This document shows, in pieces, positions 24,869-39,312 of a stretch of 64,000 nucleotides of DNA. The DNA is from Leucoraja ocellata (taxonomy: Eukaryota). A program made the translations under genes and the position numbers. The stretch spans positions 4,340,001 through 4,404,000 of the forward strand of contig JAWMAR010000070.1 of assembly GCA_036785375.1 (NCBI GenBank). Reading direction: 5' to 3'. How positions within the stretch are numbered: the first letter of the stretch is position 1; each line of letters starts with the position of its first letter. A model generated the notes under the pieces. It saw nothing but the letters and a program-made list of their open reading frames with translations, was not told the origin of the DNA and searched no databases.

Positions 24869-27174
24869 CTGTGGGAAAGGAGCAAACAGTCAGACACTCA
24901 GTGAACATCTGAAAATCAAACACTCGCCAATATCCACCATCTCTGTATCTTCGCCAGAGCCGCCAGGTTGGAATCTGACCCATCCATCTACATAGAGGCA
25001 TATAGTGTAGAAGCAGGCCAACATGTCCATCCACACTAGTTCCACCTGCCCTTGCTTAGCCCATAAGCTTTCAAACGGAAGAGACCGTGCATTTACTCGA
25101 TCTATTCGTCGCGTGATTTTGTAGCTGCCATAAGATCATCCCTCATCCTCCTGCTCTCCCAGAAATAAAGTCCTAGTCCGCTCAATCCCTCCCTGGAGTT
25201 CAGGCACTCAAGTCATGACAGCATCATTGTAAATCTTCTCTGCACCCAATCTTACTTGATAGCATCTTTCCTATAACATGGTGATGAATACTGACCACAG
25301 GGCGGACAAATCATCAGACAATCTTCGATTCTCTTTTACATTTCAGGAATTGCCAGCAGGAAAAAGGGAGCATTGTTTATATAACTGTCGGACCCATCCC
25401 ATCTACATAGATTCGTAGAGTCATACAGTAGAAACCTCGGCCTAACTTGCCCGCGCTGACCAACACGCCCAATCTACACTAGTTCCACCTGTCCTTTCTT
25501 GGCCCTTAACCCTCTAAACATATCCTATTCATGTAACTGTCCAATATTTTCTGAAATGTTACGTTAGTACCGGCCATAACTACTTCCGTCAGCATTTCGT
25601 TTCATGGACCTACCAACCTTTGTGTAAACACGTTACTCGCCAGGTTCCTGTTAAATCATTCCCGCCTGATATGAAAACTATGTCCTCTGGTTCCCTATTC
25701 CCCTACTCTGGGCAAAAGACTGTGTATTTACTCGATCTATTCCTCGCGTGATTTTTGTGATTTAAAATATATATATATATATATTTTTATTAGAATCAAT
25801 GTACAGTAGTATAAACCGTGTTTTACATATTACATTTAGTGTAAAACTTCTTGTTTTTAATTTATTAATAGAAAAGTAACAGAAACAAAAAGAGAAGGAG
25901 AGAGAAAGTTAAGTAGTGATATTGATAGTTCGTGAAAGAATAGATAGAAAGAACCCGTAAAGATATAAAGCCGCAAAAAAAACGTGAACCCCCCCCCGAA
26001 AAATAAATACATAAATTAGTAAATAGAAATAAAAAATAGAAAATAAAATAAAATAATAAGGAAACGAAACAGAAAAAGAATAAAAGGGAGAAGGGATATA
26101 CCTGCTTCATGTCTTTCCACACCCCTCACCCAGTTCTGAAACAGTTAATTTCCAGGGTTATGTTGCACCATGTACTTGGAATAAGTCGATAAAAGGAGAC
26201 CAAATCTTTAGGAATTGGTCTGCTTTACCTGCAAGGCCGAATCTCATATCTTCGAGGTGTAACATTTCAGACATGCTTGAAATCCACATTTTACGCGTGG
26301 GGGTGGGTTCGTTGTTCAAGAATTTGAGTATACGTTTTTTTGCTGTTATCAAGCCATGGTTAAGGAGAGAATTTTGGAACGAAATCACCTTAGAGCCGGC
26401 TTCCATTGTTCCAAAAATAATCAATTCAGTGTTGGGGTCCAATTTTATTTTAAACTCGCGTGATTTTTTTACCTGCAATAAAATCACCCCTCATCCTCCT
26501 GCGCTCCAAGGAATAAAGCCCTAATCTGCTCAACCCCTCCCTGTATACCAGGCCCTCAAGTCATCGCAACATTCTTGTAAATCTTCCCTGCTCCTTCTCC
26601 TCACAATCAATTTACCAGATTTATACATCTCTGTGTCTCCCCATCCTCCCAGCCGCCAGAACTACCATGTCTGCCACTGGACCTGTACACAGCAGCACCA
26701 TCTCTCTTTGTTTTACAATTCCAGCATCTGCAGTTAAAATTCTTTTAATCTGAGCCTCTGCTTTTAATCTGAACATTCAAACACATCATTAGTGCAACAG
26801 TATCACTATCAACAACTTTTTAATTTCCTTGCACAGAATAGTTGATAGTGATAATGTTGCACTAATGAGGTGTGTGAATGGCGGTATCGTAGAATTGTGT
26901 GTAGGGAGCGAATGGGGAAGTTGAATAATATAAAACTAGTGTGACCGGTGATCGCTAGTTGGTGAGGACTCGGTGGGCCGAAGGATCCGTTTCCATGTTA
27001 CATTTGTAAACTATTACTAAATATCCGGGTGAACATTTTTCTGTAAACTCTACAAACCTTCCACATCTTTTGTTTTATAAATCGGCGACCAGACCTGTGC
27101 ACCAGACTCCCACCTAACAAATGTTTTGTCCGTTGCCAAAGTGGAGACATAAAGTCACTCATTGAGAAACCTAC

Positions 27175-27478
27175 CATCAGATACTTGGAGATGTACTTTA
27201 AACGCCAGGTGTAGTAATTCCACAGCTGTACCATCCTGTATCTCCAGAGTTAAGATCCTCCACAGTCACAGTAAATATTCCTCGTGCCGGGTTATCTGAC
27301 ATTGACACTCTTCCACTCTGCCCACGTTCCCTATTTGTTTCCACTGCATGTGTACACTGGCGACTTGTCCCGTTGCACCAGTATTTTGTGAGTGAGCGGT
27401 ACACTGCTGGATAGTGACACTCGATTGTGATCGCTCGTCCCACAACCCCGTGTACTTCGCTCTCTGCCCGCTGTGCAC
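27175..27478 (-). pseudogene. Gene B V4-type exon with 8-bp deletion and premature stop
   Basis: 304 nt versus 312 in paralogs; plus-strand tgttggtt is missing near 27202; reads ...GITTPGV*. Confidence 0.85.
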
Positions 27479-28591
27479 CTGAAACTGAAGGAAACATCTT
27501 TCATAAATTGAAGAGAAAAATTAGCCTTTCACAAACATATACATTATAGTATACATCAATGTGTACAGGGGAGTCCGCCCAATCGTTTTCTTAACTCTGT
27601 TGAATTCCACCTAAATTGCGATGAGAGACAGATACTGTACACCGCCCCTCACCATCTGCACAGATCGTTCCAAAGCGCTTCCCAGCCAATGTGGGTGTGA
27701 ATGGTGAAGAATGATGCATTGAACGCTGAGCCTGTTGCAATTGGAAGGCGCTGTCTCGGGAGTCTTGGTGAGTTGCTGCAGTGCATCGTGCAGATGGTGC
27801 AAACTGCTGCTGCTCTGCATCAGCGGTTGAGGATGGGGTGTCTATCAAGTGCGATTCTGGATCATGACAGACCAAGCACAAGTGTTCAGCGGAATTGTAG
27901 CCGAGGCCACTGCTTCTTAAACTAGTGAATGGTTCACCCAAGGGTGAATGAAATTATTTTGGGGTGAATTAGTTAATTTATGTTTTTTGCTCATGTGACA
28001 TAATTAATTATATATGAAATTATGCACAAAGGAAAATAAGATGATAATAACCAAAAAAACATAAGAACATTTAGTTGAGAGGGAATTACATCTTGTAATA
28101 AAGACTCAAGGGTGAATGACACTGAAATATTTTAAGAAGAACTGCCATTCTATAAACTTGGTCACTCTGATTTACACTCTATTCTGGACTTCCAATCTGA
28201 ACGTCTCCACGCCTACTGGGAAGATCTTTTCAAAATTCTCTTTAACAAAATTAAGGGTTATACTTGATGGAGTGACGGCCAAGTAGATTCCACTTTAATT
28301 TTGTGAGATTACTGGAGTTTGACTCAAATTACCAGTTAAAATCATAAACATAATCATGAAATTGTACACCCTTCATTGGAAATGATGGCGGATCCAAACA
28401 GAAAGAATTTGGTGCGTTCTCCGACTCAAAGTGAGTGTGAGACCTTAAGTGGCAGCCAGAAATAATATTTTTAAGTTGGAAGGCCGAAATTTGATGGAAT
28501 GTACTAAACACGTTGTGATAAGTGCAGGCTTGTCCCTCCTTTGCTGAAATTGCTCAACACATCCCAGATGGAAGCAACAGCCAATTATTTG

Positions 28592-28644
28592 CTAGTCCCC
28601 CAAACAAACTCTCGCATTTACACCACGAGCTGCAATGATGCCGT
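28592..28644 (-). pseudogene. Gene B decayed Cys linker exon
   Basis: Homolog of 10481..10543 with 10+1 nt deleted; frameshifts to TAG and the donor GT is lost. Confidence 0.65.
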
Positions 28645-28722
28645 CTGCAAATAACAAGAAATCCATGAACATCACCACAAGGCGAATAGCAGCAGGTTCA
28701 GGGACACGAGAAGAACACTCAC

Positions 28723-29043
28723 CTGCATTGTTGATTTCTGTCACATAACTGCACGTTCCTGCTCCTTTCAAGACTTTCACGTTGAGACTTTCACTGGATT
28801 TTGTCCCATGATTATTTGAGGCTGTGCAGTAATATTGACGGTGTTGCCCTCCGAGGATTTCACAACTCAGATCCAGTTGATTGCCATACACGGTAGTTGA
28901 AACCCAATGCTCGTTCATCTCAAACCATGTGTAACGGATGGGAAGGGATCCACGGACAGACTCACACGACACTGACACTGAGCCTCCGAGACGTGAGGCA
29001 TTTGCTGGTGACAGATATCTGAGCACAGGAGCAGACACGGGTT
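28723..29043 (-). CDS. Gene B C2a-type exon
   Basis: 321 nt, GCAG|GTGAGT donor. Confidence 0.85.
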
Positions 29044-30189
29044 CTGTGGGAATGGAGCAAACATTCAGTCACCTGTATGAAAAGTTAAAAACCTTGCTAA
29101 ATCTCAGCAGCCCTTTATCTCAGCCCGAACCGTCCGGTTGATATCTCACCGGCTCATCTACATCTCTGTGAGTGTGCGAAGCCCAGAAACCGAAGAAGGT
29201 TAGAGTTATAGAGAACCGAAAGATGCCCATCACAACATCTCATTCATGCCGACCAACATGTCTTTCTGGGCCATTTCCATATGTCCACGTTTTTCCCTTA
29301 TCACTCGCAATGATCCCAATCTACGCAAATATCAAAGAAATATTTTAAATGCTGTTCTTCTAACTGCCTCAACAACTTCCTCTGGCAGCAGGTTCCATAT
29401 AAATATCACCCAATGTGTGGACAATGTTGTCCATCAGAACAGAAGTTGGGATGTTATGTTTCAGTTGTACATATGTTGTTGATGTCGAACTTGGGCGAAT
29501 TGTGTTCAGCTTCGGCCACTCACCTGTACAAAACATGCCATTACAGTAAGTGACAGCTTACTACCCCCCCCCCCCCCCCCCTCCACTCTTTAAATAGTTC
29601 CCATTGCGTCCGTCCTCCACTTTTTGATTCCACACATCGTGGGAAAATGAACATGCTTCTCGTGATTGATACATTTCTATAAGTTCCTCGCTCAATCATT
29701 TCCACACCAAGGAATGAAGTCTGAGTTTGTCCAATCGCTCCCTGCGTCAATCACGTCCTGTCCAGGCAGCGTCGGACCAGGGGGCTGACCTGCCCCGGGT
29801 GGACTGAACGCAGTCTGTGGAACTCTGGGGACTGATTCCCTGTTTATTATTCTCCGTGTATTCAGACCGCGAGCAACACTTGTTTCTCACTGATCTGTCG
29901 GATATTAGTTTGAGTCGGAATGCAAACTTCTGACAGGGTGACATTTCATACAGTTCAGACGCAGGGAAATGTGTTGAGCATCCCACTTGACGTGGGTGGC
30001 CGCTCAGTGGGACAGAGCCCGCACTGGGTGAGAGCAACACGAGTGGGGTTTCCCGACCCCCGCCCGTTCCCCGCAGGTCTCTGCACTGCTGCGGAGCCTC
30101 GGGATATCGGTGCTGCCCTGACCCTTCCCGGAGAAAACATGGATCAGGCATTTCAGTGGAGACGTCAAGTCCATCGCTACGAAACGTAC

Positions 30190-30504
30190 CGTCAGATACT
30201 TGGAGATGTACGGAAAATATTGGATGGGCGGCAGATGTTCTAATTCCACAGATGTATCTTCCTGTATCTCCAGAGTGAAGATCCTCCACAGTCACAGTAA
30301 ATATGCTTAGTGCCGGTATATCTGTGATGGACACTCTTCCATTCCGTCCGTGTTGCCCATTTGTTTCCACCATATCTGTACATTGGCGACTCCACCCACG
30401 GCACCAGTATTTTGTGTGTGAGCGGTACTCTGTTGCATAGTGACAATCGATTGTGATCGCTCTTCCCACATCTCCTGTTACATTCTTCTTCCCCCAAACT
30501 GCAA
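30190..30504 (-). CDS. Gene B Ig V exon (V3-like)
   Basis: 315 nt, atttcag|TTGCA acceptor, GACG|GTACGT donor; KYWCRGWSRQC, DTGRYIC. Confidence 0.85.
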
Positions 30505-31600
30505 CTGAAATGGAGGGGAAAAACTTTTAGATGGAGAGCAAATGAACTGTTTAATGGAAATAGATACATTTCGAAGATTACATGAAAGAAAACATAAACG
30601 TTCCAGATGTGTCATATTGCTTCACGGCCAATGTCTCCGGTCTGAAGTGCAGACAGTGCTGTTATTGTACCAGTTGTGTCAGTGTTCTATCCCCGGATCA
30701 GTACAATTAGGGTTCACTTCCCACTCCAGATCCCTGAGCAGAAACTGGGCTGGAATCGCAATTCGGTACTGAGGGAGCGCGGCAGTGTTGCAGGAGCTGC
30801 CTTTCAACAATCCCAGGCGGTGCCCGGCCTCTCACCCCACATAAAGACCCCACTTTGCTATTTAATTGGCGGTGCCGCCGGCTGCGCTGCCAACATTCTT
30901 CTCTCAACCGACACTGGGCCGGACCCGTGTTTAGATATTCACCGCCTTTACAACGCCCTGACTGAGGACAGTGGACGGACGGGTTACAATAAAGGGGATC
31001 AAAAGATAAGGAGCAGGATATTTGAAGGGTATAAATAAATATTTTTAAACCGAGAAGATAGAGGTACCTGAATTGCCTCAATGGACGAGGTGCTGGTAAG
31101 TGGGATGAGTATTGATAGTACTGAATGGTCAACATTAACACAGTGGCCCAAATGCGATACCATCGTCTAGGAGTTAACTGTGGCCACATTTACTGATAAT
31201 TTCTGATCCCTTCACATATTTGAGTGTCGGTCATGTGGAGATGATGGAAAGTGAAAATGCTTGGACTGATGTCACTGCAAACCTAGTTTAAAGCTGTGTA
31301 AACATAAGAGGCAGTTCTAGCCGGGAAGCTGGTCTACACCAGCACTGGGAAATCTATTTATGGAGCCCAGCAACCAAGTATTGACAAATGGGCCATAATT
31401 CCATCATTTTAATCTTGATAACGTAATTAAATAACGTGCATGGATTTCAGGGTGTAGGGGGTTATGGGGTGAAGGCAGGAGAATGGGGTGAAGAGGGGAA
31501 GATACACCAGCCATGATTGAATGGCCTATTTCTGCCGCTATCCTATGAACCACCCCGCCCCCCACTTCCCCTTCTTCTCCCCATTCCCTTCACTACTTAC

Positions 31601-31921
31601 CAGTGCCGTTGATTTTCACCAGGACACTGCAGGGCACGTCACTGCTGAAGATGGACATGTTGACCATTTCACTGGATTTTGATCCATGTTGATTTGAGGC
31701 TGTGCAATAATATTGATGGTGCTGGTGTTTGAAGGATTGACAATGTAGATCCAGGGCATTGTTGTCTGAGATCTTTGAATCCCCAGATGGGGTATTTTCA
31801 TACCAGCTGTAGTTAATGGGAAGGGATCCCCAGACCGACTCACAGGACACTGTCACTGAGCCCCCGAGACAAGAGACATTGGCTGGTGACAGAAACCCAA
31901 GCACAGGAACAGACACGGGTT
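31601..31921 (-). CDS. Gene B extra C2b-type exon (inserted module)
   Basis: 321-nt open exon with canonical sites, near-identical to 24548..24868. Confidence 0.82.
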
Positions 31922-34064
31922 CTGTGGGAAAGGAGCAAACAGTCAGACACTCAGTGAACATCTGAAAATCAAACACTCGCCAATATCCACCATCTCTGTA
32001 TCTTCGCCGCAGCTGCCTGGTTGGAATCTGACCCATCCATCTACTTAGAGTCATAGAGGCATATAGTGTAGAAGCAGGCCAACATGTCCATCCACACTAG
32101 TTCCACCTGCCCTTGCTTAGCCCATAAGCTTCCAAACGGAAGAGACTGTGCATTTACTCTCATTTAATATCTATTCGTCGCGTGATTTTGTAGCTGCCGT
32201 AAGATCATCCCTCATCCTCCTGCTCTCCCAGAAATAATGTCCTAGTCTGCTCAATCCCTCCCTGGAGTTCAGGCACTCAAGTCATGCTTCAGGCTCTCAA
32301 CCGACACTGGGCCGGACCCGTGTTTAGACATTCACCGCCTTTACAACGCCCTGACTGAGGACAGAGGACGGACGGGTTACAATAAAGCGGATCAAAAGAT
32401 AAGAGACCATAGGTGCAGGAGTAGGCCATTCGGGCCTTCGAACCAGCACCGACATTCACTATGATCATGGCTGATCATCCACAATCAGTACCCCGTTTCT
32501 ACCTTACCATATATCCCCTAGCGCCGCTATCATTTGGAGTTCCATCTAACTCTCCCTCCCTGACGTTTAGTGTCGAGACCCATGCTCAGACCCGAAACTT
32601 CACCAATTCCTTCTCTCCAGAGATGCTGCCTGTCCCGCTGAGTTACTCCAGCATTTTTTTGTCTATCTTTAATTGACTTTTATTTCCTTTTCTCAACAGA
32701 ATCTGAATCTGTTCGCGAGTCGTTAACAACTGTAGCGTTCAGTTCAAATACAAAAGTAACACCCGAAAACAGTCATCAGGAAACCACTGCGCCCAGTTTC
32801 TCTCGCGGGTGTAATGTTCTGTTGCTCAAGTTTTGATTGGCCTTACTTTTCCATATGAGAGTTGGAGACACATGGAACTGTAGATACATACATAGATACA
32901 TAGATACATAGATGCATAGACAATAGGTGCAGGAGTATCCCATTCAGCACTTCGGGCCAGCACCGCCATTCTTTGTGATCATGGCTGATCATCCACAATC
33001 AGTACCCCGTTCCTGCCTTTCCCCATATCCCTTGATTCCGCCAGCCCAAATAGCTCTATCTAACTCAAAAGAATGCACCCAGTGAATCGGCTTCCACTGC
33101 CGTCTGAGGTAGAAAATTCCACAGATTCACAACTCTCTGGTTGAAAAGGTTTTTCCTCATCTCCGTTCTAAATGGCCTATCCATTATTCTTAAACTGTGG
33201 CCCCCTGGTTCTGGACTCGCCAATATCGGAAACATGTTAGGTACACAAAAATGCTGGGGCAACTCAACGGGTGCAGCAGCATCTATGCAGCGAAGGAAAT
33301 AGGCGACATTTCGGGCCGAAACCCTTCTTCAGACTGTTTCCTGCCTCTAGCGTGTCAAATCCTTTAATAATCTTATATGTTTATATCCCTCAATAGCAAG
33401 AAGGTCCTTCCTCAAATATGGAGTTCAAAACTGAACCAATATTCCAGGTGTGGTCTCACTAGGGCCACGTACAACAGCAGAAGGACTATTTTGCTCCTGT
33501 GCTCAAATCATCGTGTTATTAAGGTCAACATGCCACTAGCTTTCTTCACTGCCTGCTGCACCTGCATGCTTTATTTCAGTGAGTGATGAACAAGGACCAC
33601 CCAGATCTAGTTGTACTTCTCCTTTCCCCAACCTGACACCATCCAGAAAATAATCTGCCTTCCTGCTTTTGCTACTAAAGTGGATAACCTCACATTTATC
33701 CACATTAAACTTAATCTGCCACGCATCTGCCCACTAACACAACCACTCGCCCACTCACCACTCGCTCACTCACCACCCACCTCCAGGTCCCTTATCGGAG
33801 AGCGTTACGAGCGTGAAATCGCACACCGCCAGATTCGGGAGCAATTTCTTCACATCTGAATCATCCTACCACATCCAGAGATCTGTCCTGAACTCCCATC
33901 TACCTCTTTGACGACCCTCGGACTACCCTTGATCGGACTTTGCTGGCTTTACCTTACACTAAACGTTATTTCCTTTTCATGTATCTATGTCCTGTAAGAG
34001 GATAGATTGTAATCCTGTATTGTCTTTCTGCTGGAGACGTCAAGTCAATCGCTGCGAAACCTAC

Positions 34065-34379
34065 CGTCAGATACTTCGAAATAAACGTTAAATATTGGAT
34101 GGTCGGCAGATGTTGTAATTCCACATCTGTACCATCCTGTATCTCCATCCTGAAGATCGTCCACAGTCACAGTAAATATTCCTCGTGCCGGGTTTTCTGT
34201 GATTGACGCTATTCCACTCCGTCCGTGTTGTCCATTTGTTTCCACCAAAACTGTACATTGGAGACTCCTCCCACGGCACCAGTATTTTGTGTGTGAGCGG
34301 TACTCTGCTGCATAGTGACAATCGATTGTGATCGCTCTTCCCACAACTCCTCTTACATCCCTCTTTGCCCACACTGCTC
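34065..34379 (-). CDS. Gene B Ig V exon (V1-type)
   Basis: 315 nt, phase 1-1; KYWCRGRSLQC, DTGWYRC. Confidence 0.88.
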
Positions 34380-35952
34380 CTGAAACTGAGCGAAGAAACT
34401 TTCAGATGGAGAGAAAATTAACTGTTTAATTGAAATAGACACACATTGAAGATTATATGAAAGAAAACTTAAATCGTTCCATGATGTATCATATTGCTTC
34501 ACGGCCAATGTCTCCGGTCTGAAGTGCAGGCAGTGATGTTATTGTACCAGTTGTGTCAGTGTTCTGTCCCCGGGTCAGTAGAATTAGGGTTCACTTCCCA
34601 CTCCAGATCCCTGAACAGAAACAGGGCTGGGATCGCAGTGCGGTACTGAGGGAGCGCGACAGTGTTGCAGGAGCTGCCTTTCAACAATCCCAGGCGGTGC
34701 CCGGCCTCTCAACCCCACAGAAAGACCCCACTTTGCTATTTCATTGGCGCTGCCGTCGGCTACGCTGCCAACATTCATCTCTCAACCGACACTAGGCCGG
34801 ACCCGTGTTTTTTTTAATTATCAAATTATTTATTCAATTATTAAAAGTAATATTTACACTACAATAAAACAAGAACCCAGCACCATAATACAAGACAAAC
34901 AAATATTCTAAATAAACGACTATACTTGTCAAGGATGAATTCAACCACTGGCGGTGCCCAGATGTCCCGGGAATCCCCCAGGTGCCCGTGGACAGCGCCT
35001 AGTCATTCTCTAGCACCACCCGGACGCGGAAAGCCGACCCGTGTTTAGACATTCACCGCCGCCAATGCCTTTACAACGCCCTGACTGAGGACGAGTTACA
35101 AAAAAGCGGGTCCATTACCGGAGAGCGTTATTGGCGTGACAACGCAAACAGCCAGATTCGGGGAAAGTTTCTTCCCAGCTGTTATCAGACATCGGAATCA
35201 TCCTCCCATAACCAGAGAGCAGTGCTGAACTATCTACCTCTTTGGTGACCCTCGGACTACCCTTGATCGGACTTTGCTGGCCTTACCTTATACTAAACGT
35301 TATTTCCCATTCATGTATCTATGCGCTGTAAGGGGATCGATTGTAATCATGTATCTGGCAGGTTAGCATGCAGCATAAAGCTTTTCTCTGTAACTCTGTA
35401 CACGTGACAATAAACTGAACTTGGATTTCAGCACGACCGGGCCGCGGATCCGAGAGCGGATGGAGAGAGAGTTGGGGGTGGGTGGATAGAGCGAGGACAG
35501 TGGTTCGGTCTCAGACTCCGGGGAATTGTTGGGTTTGCGACAGAGTTGAGATGGACAAATGCAGGGAATATTTGAACTGACACAATGAGACCTCAATCGT
35601 GACTTCCACCTCTGTTGTAAACACATTTTGTTAGTGTAGAATTAACTTCCTGGTGATGTTGGAACCTCTATCCTTCGGTCCAGGTGTCTTGGAGTATCTG
35701 CTCCAAATACATGCGCTATTTTATGCCGATAAACTACCATCAGGATGCAATTAGACCACGTGTTAGCGGTGGTTAAACTACGAACATTGTCTAGATATTC
35801 AAATGTGATTTCAGATCCATCACCACAATGCACTGAGTTCCAGCTCCGCCATTACATGTCTACACACACTTAACCATCTCTGCTGTAGAAAGGGTGCACG
35901 GGACCCCAACTAACATTGATCATTGGAATATCAGGATCTGGCTTTCACTCAC

Positions 35953-35989
35953 CCGGCAGCGAGGAGATGAGAAGAATGGGAATCCACAT
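35953..35989 (-). CDS. Gene B signal peptide exon (MWIPILLISSLP)
   Basis: ATG at 35989, hydrophobic core, CCGG|GTGAGT phase-1 donor. Confidence 0.85.
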
Positions 35990-36099
35990 TGTTTTATCCA
36001 CAGTGACAAAACCAGCACTTGTCTGTCTGTCGCTCAGCTCTGAGCTCTCAGATACAATCTCAAATAGCAATTACAAGAAGGGAACAGGACGTGAGATCC

Positions 36100-36165
36100 T
36101 GAACCACAGCGAGCCAGCAGCAGCTCGACACTTTACAGTGTGAAAGGCTCTGGGTTATATTTAAC
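36100..36165 (-). promoter_or_regulatory. Putative core promoter of gene B (TAAATATAA, TGTGGTT)
   Basis: Homologous to 17040..17110. Confidence 0.35.
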
Positions 36166-38629
36166 AAATGGTTGGGTCAGATGATCACGGAAACAGGCCC
36201 TTCTCCCCAACGAGTGAGACCAACAGGCCCTTCTCCCCAACGAGTGAGACCATCTAAGTTAATCAAATTTGTCCACGCTCGACCCATATCTCCCCAAACC
36301 TTCCCCATCCATGGACCTGTCCAAGTGCCCGTTACATGTAGTTATTGCAGCTGGTTCAACCACTTCGTCAAGTGTGATGTATCCATAAGGATGGAGCGGC
36401 GGCCATCTCTGTACTCGGAGTTTGTTAGCACTGAACAATGGGGGAAATAATGATAGACAAAAAATGCAGGAGCAACTCTGCGGGCCAGGCAGCACCTCTG
36501 GAGAAAGTGGATAGGTGACGTTTCGGGTCGGGACCTCTTGTGTAAACAATTAAACTATGGTTAAAGTATGACATTTAGAAGAGTAGAAACGTCTAAGATG
36601 TGTACACTTCCGGATCATTCCCTCTTGATGATTCTTTATGTGGACCGGCAGATCAAAAATATAATCATTGGAACTTTTTTTCGCATATTGCTGTTGACAA
36701 GGGGCAAAACAGGAAGTTGGCATTAGGATGTAGGGGATTTTCACCTGAAATCAGCTGAAGTTAATTGGAGTTTGACCCTCTCCTCTCCGCTTCAACTCTT
36801 CAATTCAAACTTTGAAACACTATTGTTATGATATTCATGTTTTGAAAATGACAATTAATGGTGTAGTGGACTGTGAAGAAGTTTGTCTAGAATTACCACA
36901 GGATGGAGATCAGCTGGGAAAGCGGGATGTGGAATGTAACTGACATGTGTAATGTAACTCAAACAAGGGCGAAGTGATACACTTAGTGAAGTTAAAGCAA
37001 GGATGATAATGCACGGTGAATTGAATTGTTAACTTGTGTACGTTGCAATTCAGAGCTACTAAATTATCAGAGTTGCGATCATGTACATTTCATTGGCTAA
37101 CATTGTACATCTGCTTGCAACGATTTCATTCTGTAGGCAACTAGTTGTTTTATAATATAACCTAATATCTGCTGCGGGCTATCGTTCTGGGTGTGTCACT
37201 TTCAGGGGAACAGTGCAGTTTATTCGGGTTGTGTACATCTGTGGCAATGTTGTGCATCACGTGGTATCGGTGTAACACACTGATGTGTCTGCCACTGATG
37301 TTAGTTGAGCGTTGACGGCCCTTAGTAAAGGATCTTGTGTGAAAAGCTATTTCCTGTTTACTTGCCCAACTAAAACACTACAGAGAGGAACCGACGATGC
37401 AGCAAAACGATTTAATTCTGTCTTCATTCGCCATTGACCCATGACTTCTGCAAACACTGCTCAGCAAACAGTGTTACACCGAGCTGCTCGCAAGATGCGG
37501 TTCAGAGATACGAATCTACACGAATATTCGAACCTTGTTTCAGCAGCGCGAGCAAAGTGTCAGCACTGCAGAACAATTCAGTGTAAAGAAAGAAATGACT
37601 GTTTGACCATATTAGATTAAATTACATTCCAAGTCAGCACCTGCCATTAAAAACAACAATGGCATCGAACCGAAATGTCACCCATTCTTTCCTTCCAGTG
37701 ATGCTGCCTTTCCCGCTGAATTGCTCCAGTATTTTGTGTCTATCTGTGGCATCTCAGGCCGTTTATCTCTCGCTATTTTTTAGGCAATTTAGGATGTCCT
37801 GTAGTGGGGAAACGCTGAACGAAACAGGCAGCAAATATCTCTGGCTATTCAGCACCCCTCGGATATCGCTGACCTGGGGGTTTCTGATTTCAAAGCAACC
37901 CCTGGTCTCATTTCCTCGTCTCCCCGCTTACTGCTCTTTCAAGCTGCAACCCAACCAGTTTGTTCTGCACAAGAATGGACTTTCCACTAGTTTAGTTTAG
38001 GATACAACGCGGAAACAGGCCCTTCGGCCCACCGAGTCCACACGATCCCGTTGCGCCAACATTGTGTAAACTAGTTTAGTTTAGTGGGCCGAAGTGCCTA
38101 TTTCCACGCTGCAACCATAAACTAATCTGAAGGGAGCAATTTCACTTGAGAGGAGTATTGCTTGGGATGAAACGTCAGGTATGGGGAGGGGTTGAATAGG
38201 GATTTTATAAAATTCCATGCAGAACAGGCGAGGAAAAGGGAACCCATTACAGGTGTGCAGAACTTTGAGCAGCAAAGATAGGGTATTTTTGGAACGTTTT
38301 CCACGGCAGATGTGTGTAAAAGTGGAGACCATTTGGTTAAGTTGATGGAGCAGGATGTTTCAAGGGGAACAAGAAATATGTTTAAACCTAGAAGATGGAG
38401 GTAACTGAATTGCTACAATGGACGAGGTGCTGGTAAATGAGATTAGTGTCGATGGTACTGAATGGTCAACATTAACACAGTGGAACAAATCTGATACCGA
38501 CGTCCAGGAGTTAACGGTGGCCACATTTACTGCTAACATTCATTCCCATATCGTATCTGAGTGCGCATCCTGCGGAGATGATGGTGGGAAAGTAAAAGTG
38601 CTTGGACTGATAATACTGCAGGAGGAGAG

Positions 38630-38990
38630 TACAGCATTCCGCCCTTCGAGCCTGCACCGCCATTCAATATGATCATGGCTGATCATCAAACTCGGTATCC
38701 TGTACCTGCCTTCTCTCCATACCCCCTGATCCCTTTAGCCACAAGGGCCACATTTAACTCCCTCTTAAATATAGTCAATGGACTGGCCTCAACTACCCTC
38801 CGTGGCAGAGAATTCCAGAGATTCACAACACTCTGTGTGAAAAATGTTTTTCTCATCTCGGTCCTAAAAGACTTTCCCCTTATCCTTAAACTGTGACTCC
38901 TTGTTCTGGACTTCCCCAAAATCGGGGACAATCTTCCTGCATCTAGCCTGTCCAACGCCTTAAGAAGGTTGTTAGTTTCTATAAGATACG
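38630..38990 (-). mobile_element. CR1 LINE 3' end fragment
   Basis: DRLDAGRL...TRSHSLRIRGKSFRTEMRK. Confidence 0.75.
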
Positions 38991-39312
38991 AGTGGGTTTA
39001 AACTAAATCGCGTGCTTTCAAGAGAGAGTTAGATAGAACTCTTAAAGATAGCGGAGTCAGTGGATATGGGGAAAAGACAAGAACGGGGTAATGAATGTGA
39101 ATGAGCAGCCATGATCACGGTGAATGGCGGTGCGGGCTCGAAGGGCCGAATGGCCTACTCCTGCCCTGTTGTCTATTGTCTATTGTCTATTTTCTTCCAC
39201 ATCTTTTGTTTTATAAAGCTGCGACCAGAACTGTGCACCAGACTCCCATATGTTACCTAACACATGTTTTGTGTGGGTGCCAAGATATCAAGCCACTGAT
39301 TGAGAAACCTAC

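Larger units (their letters stand above)
21512..35989 (-). pseudogene. Gene B: activating-type paralog L-V-C2b-V-C2a-(decayed linker)-V*-C2b-linker-stalk-TM(Arg); probable pseudogene or exon-skipping/secreted variant
   Basis: All exons located; the V4-type exon has an 8-bp deletion with a premature TAA; the linker exon has an 11-bp loss and no GT donor. Confidence 0.7.
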
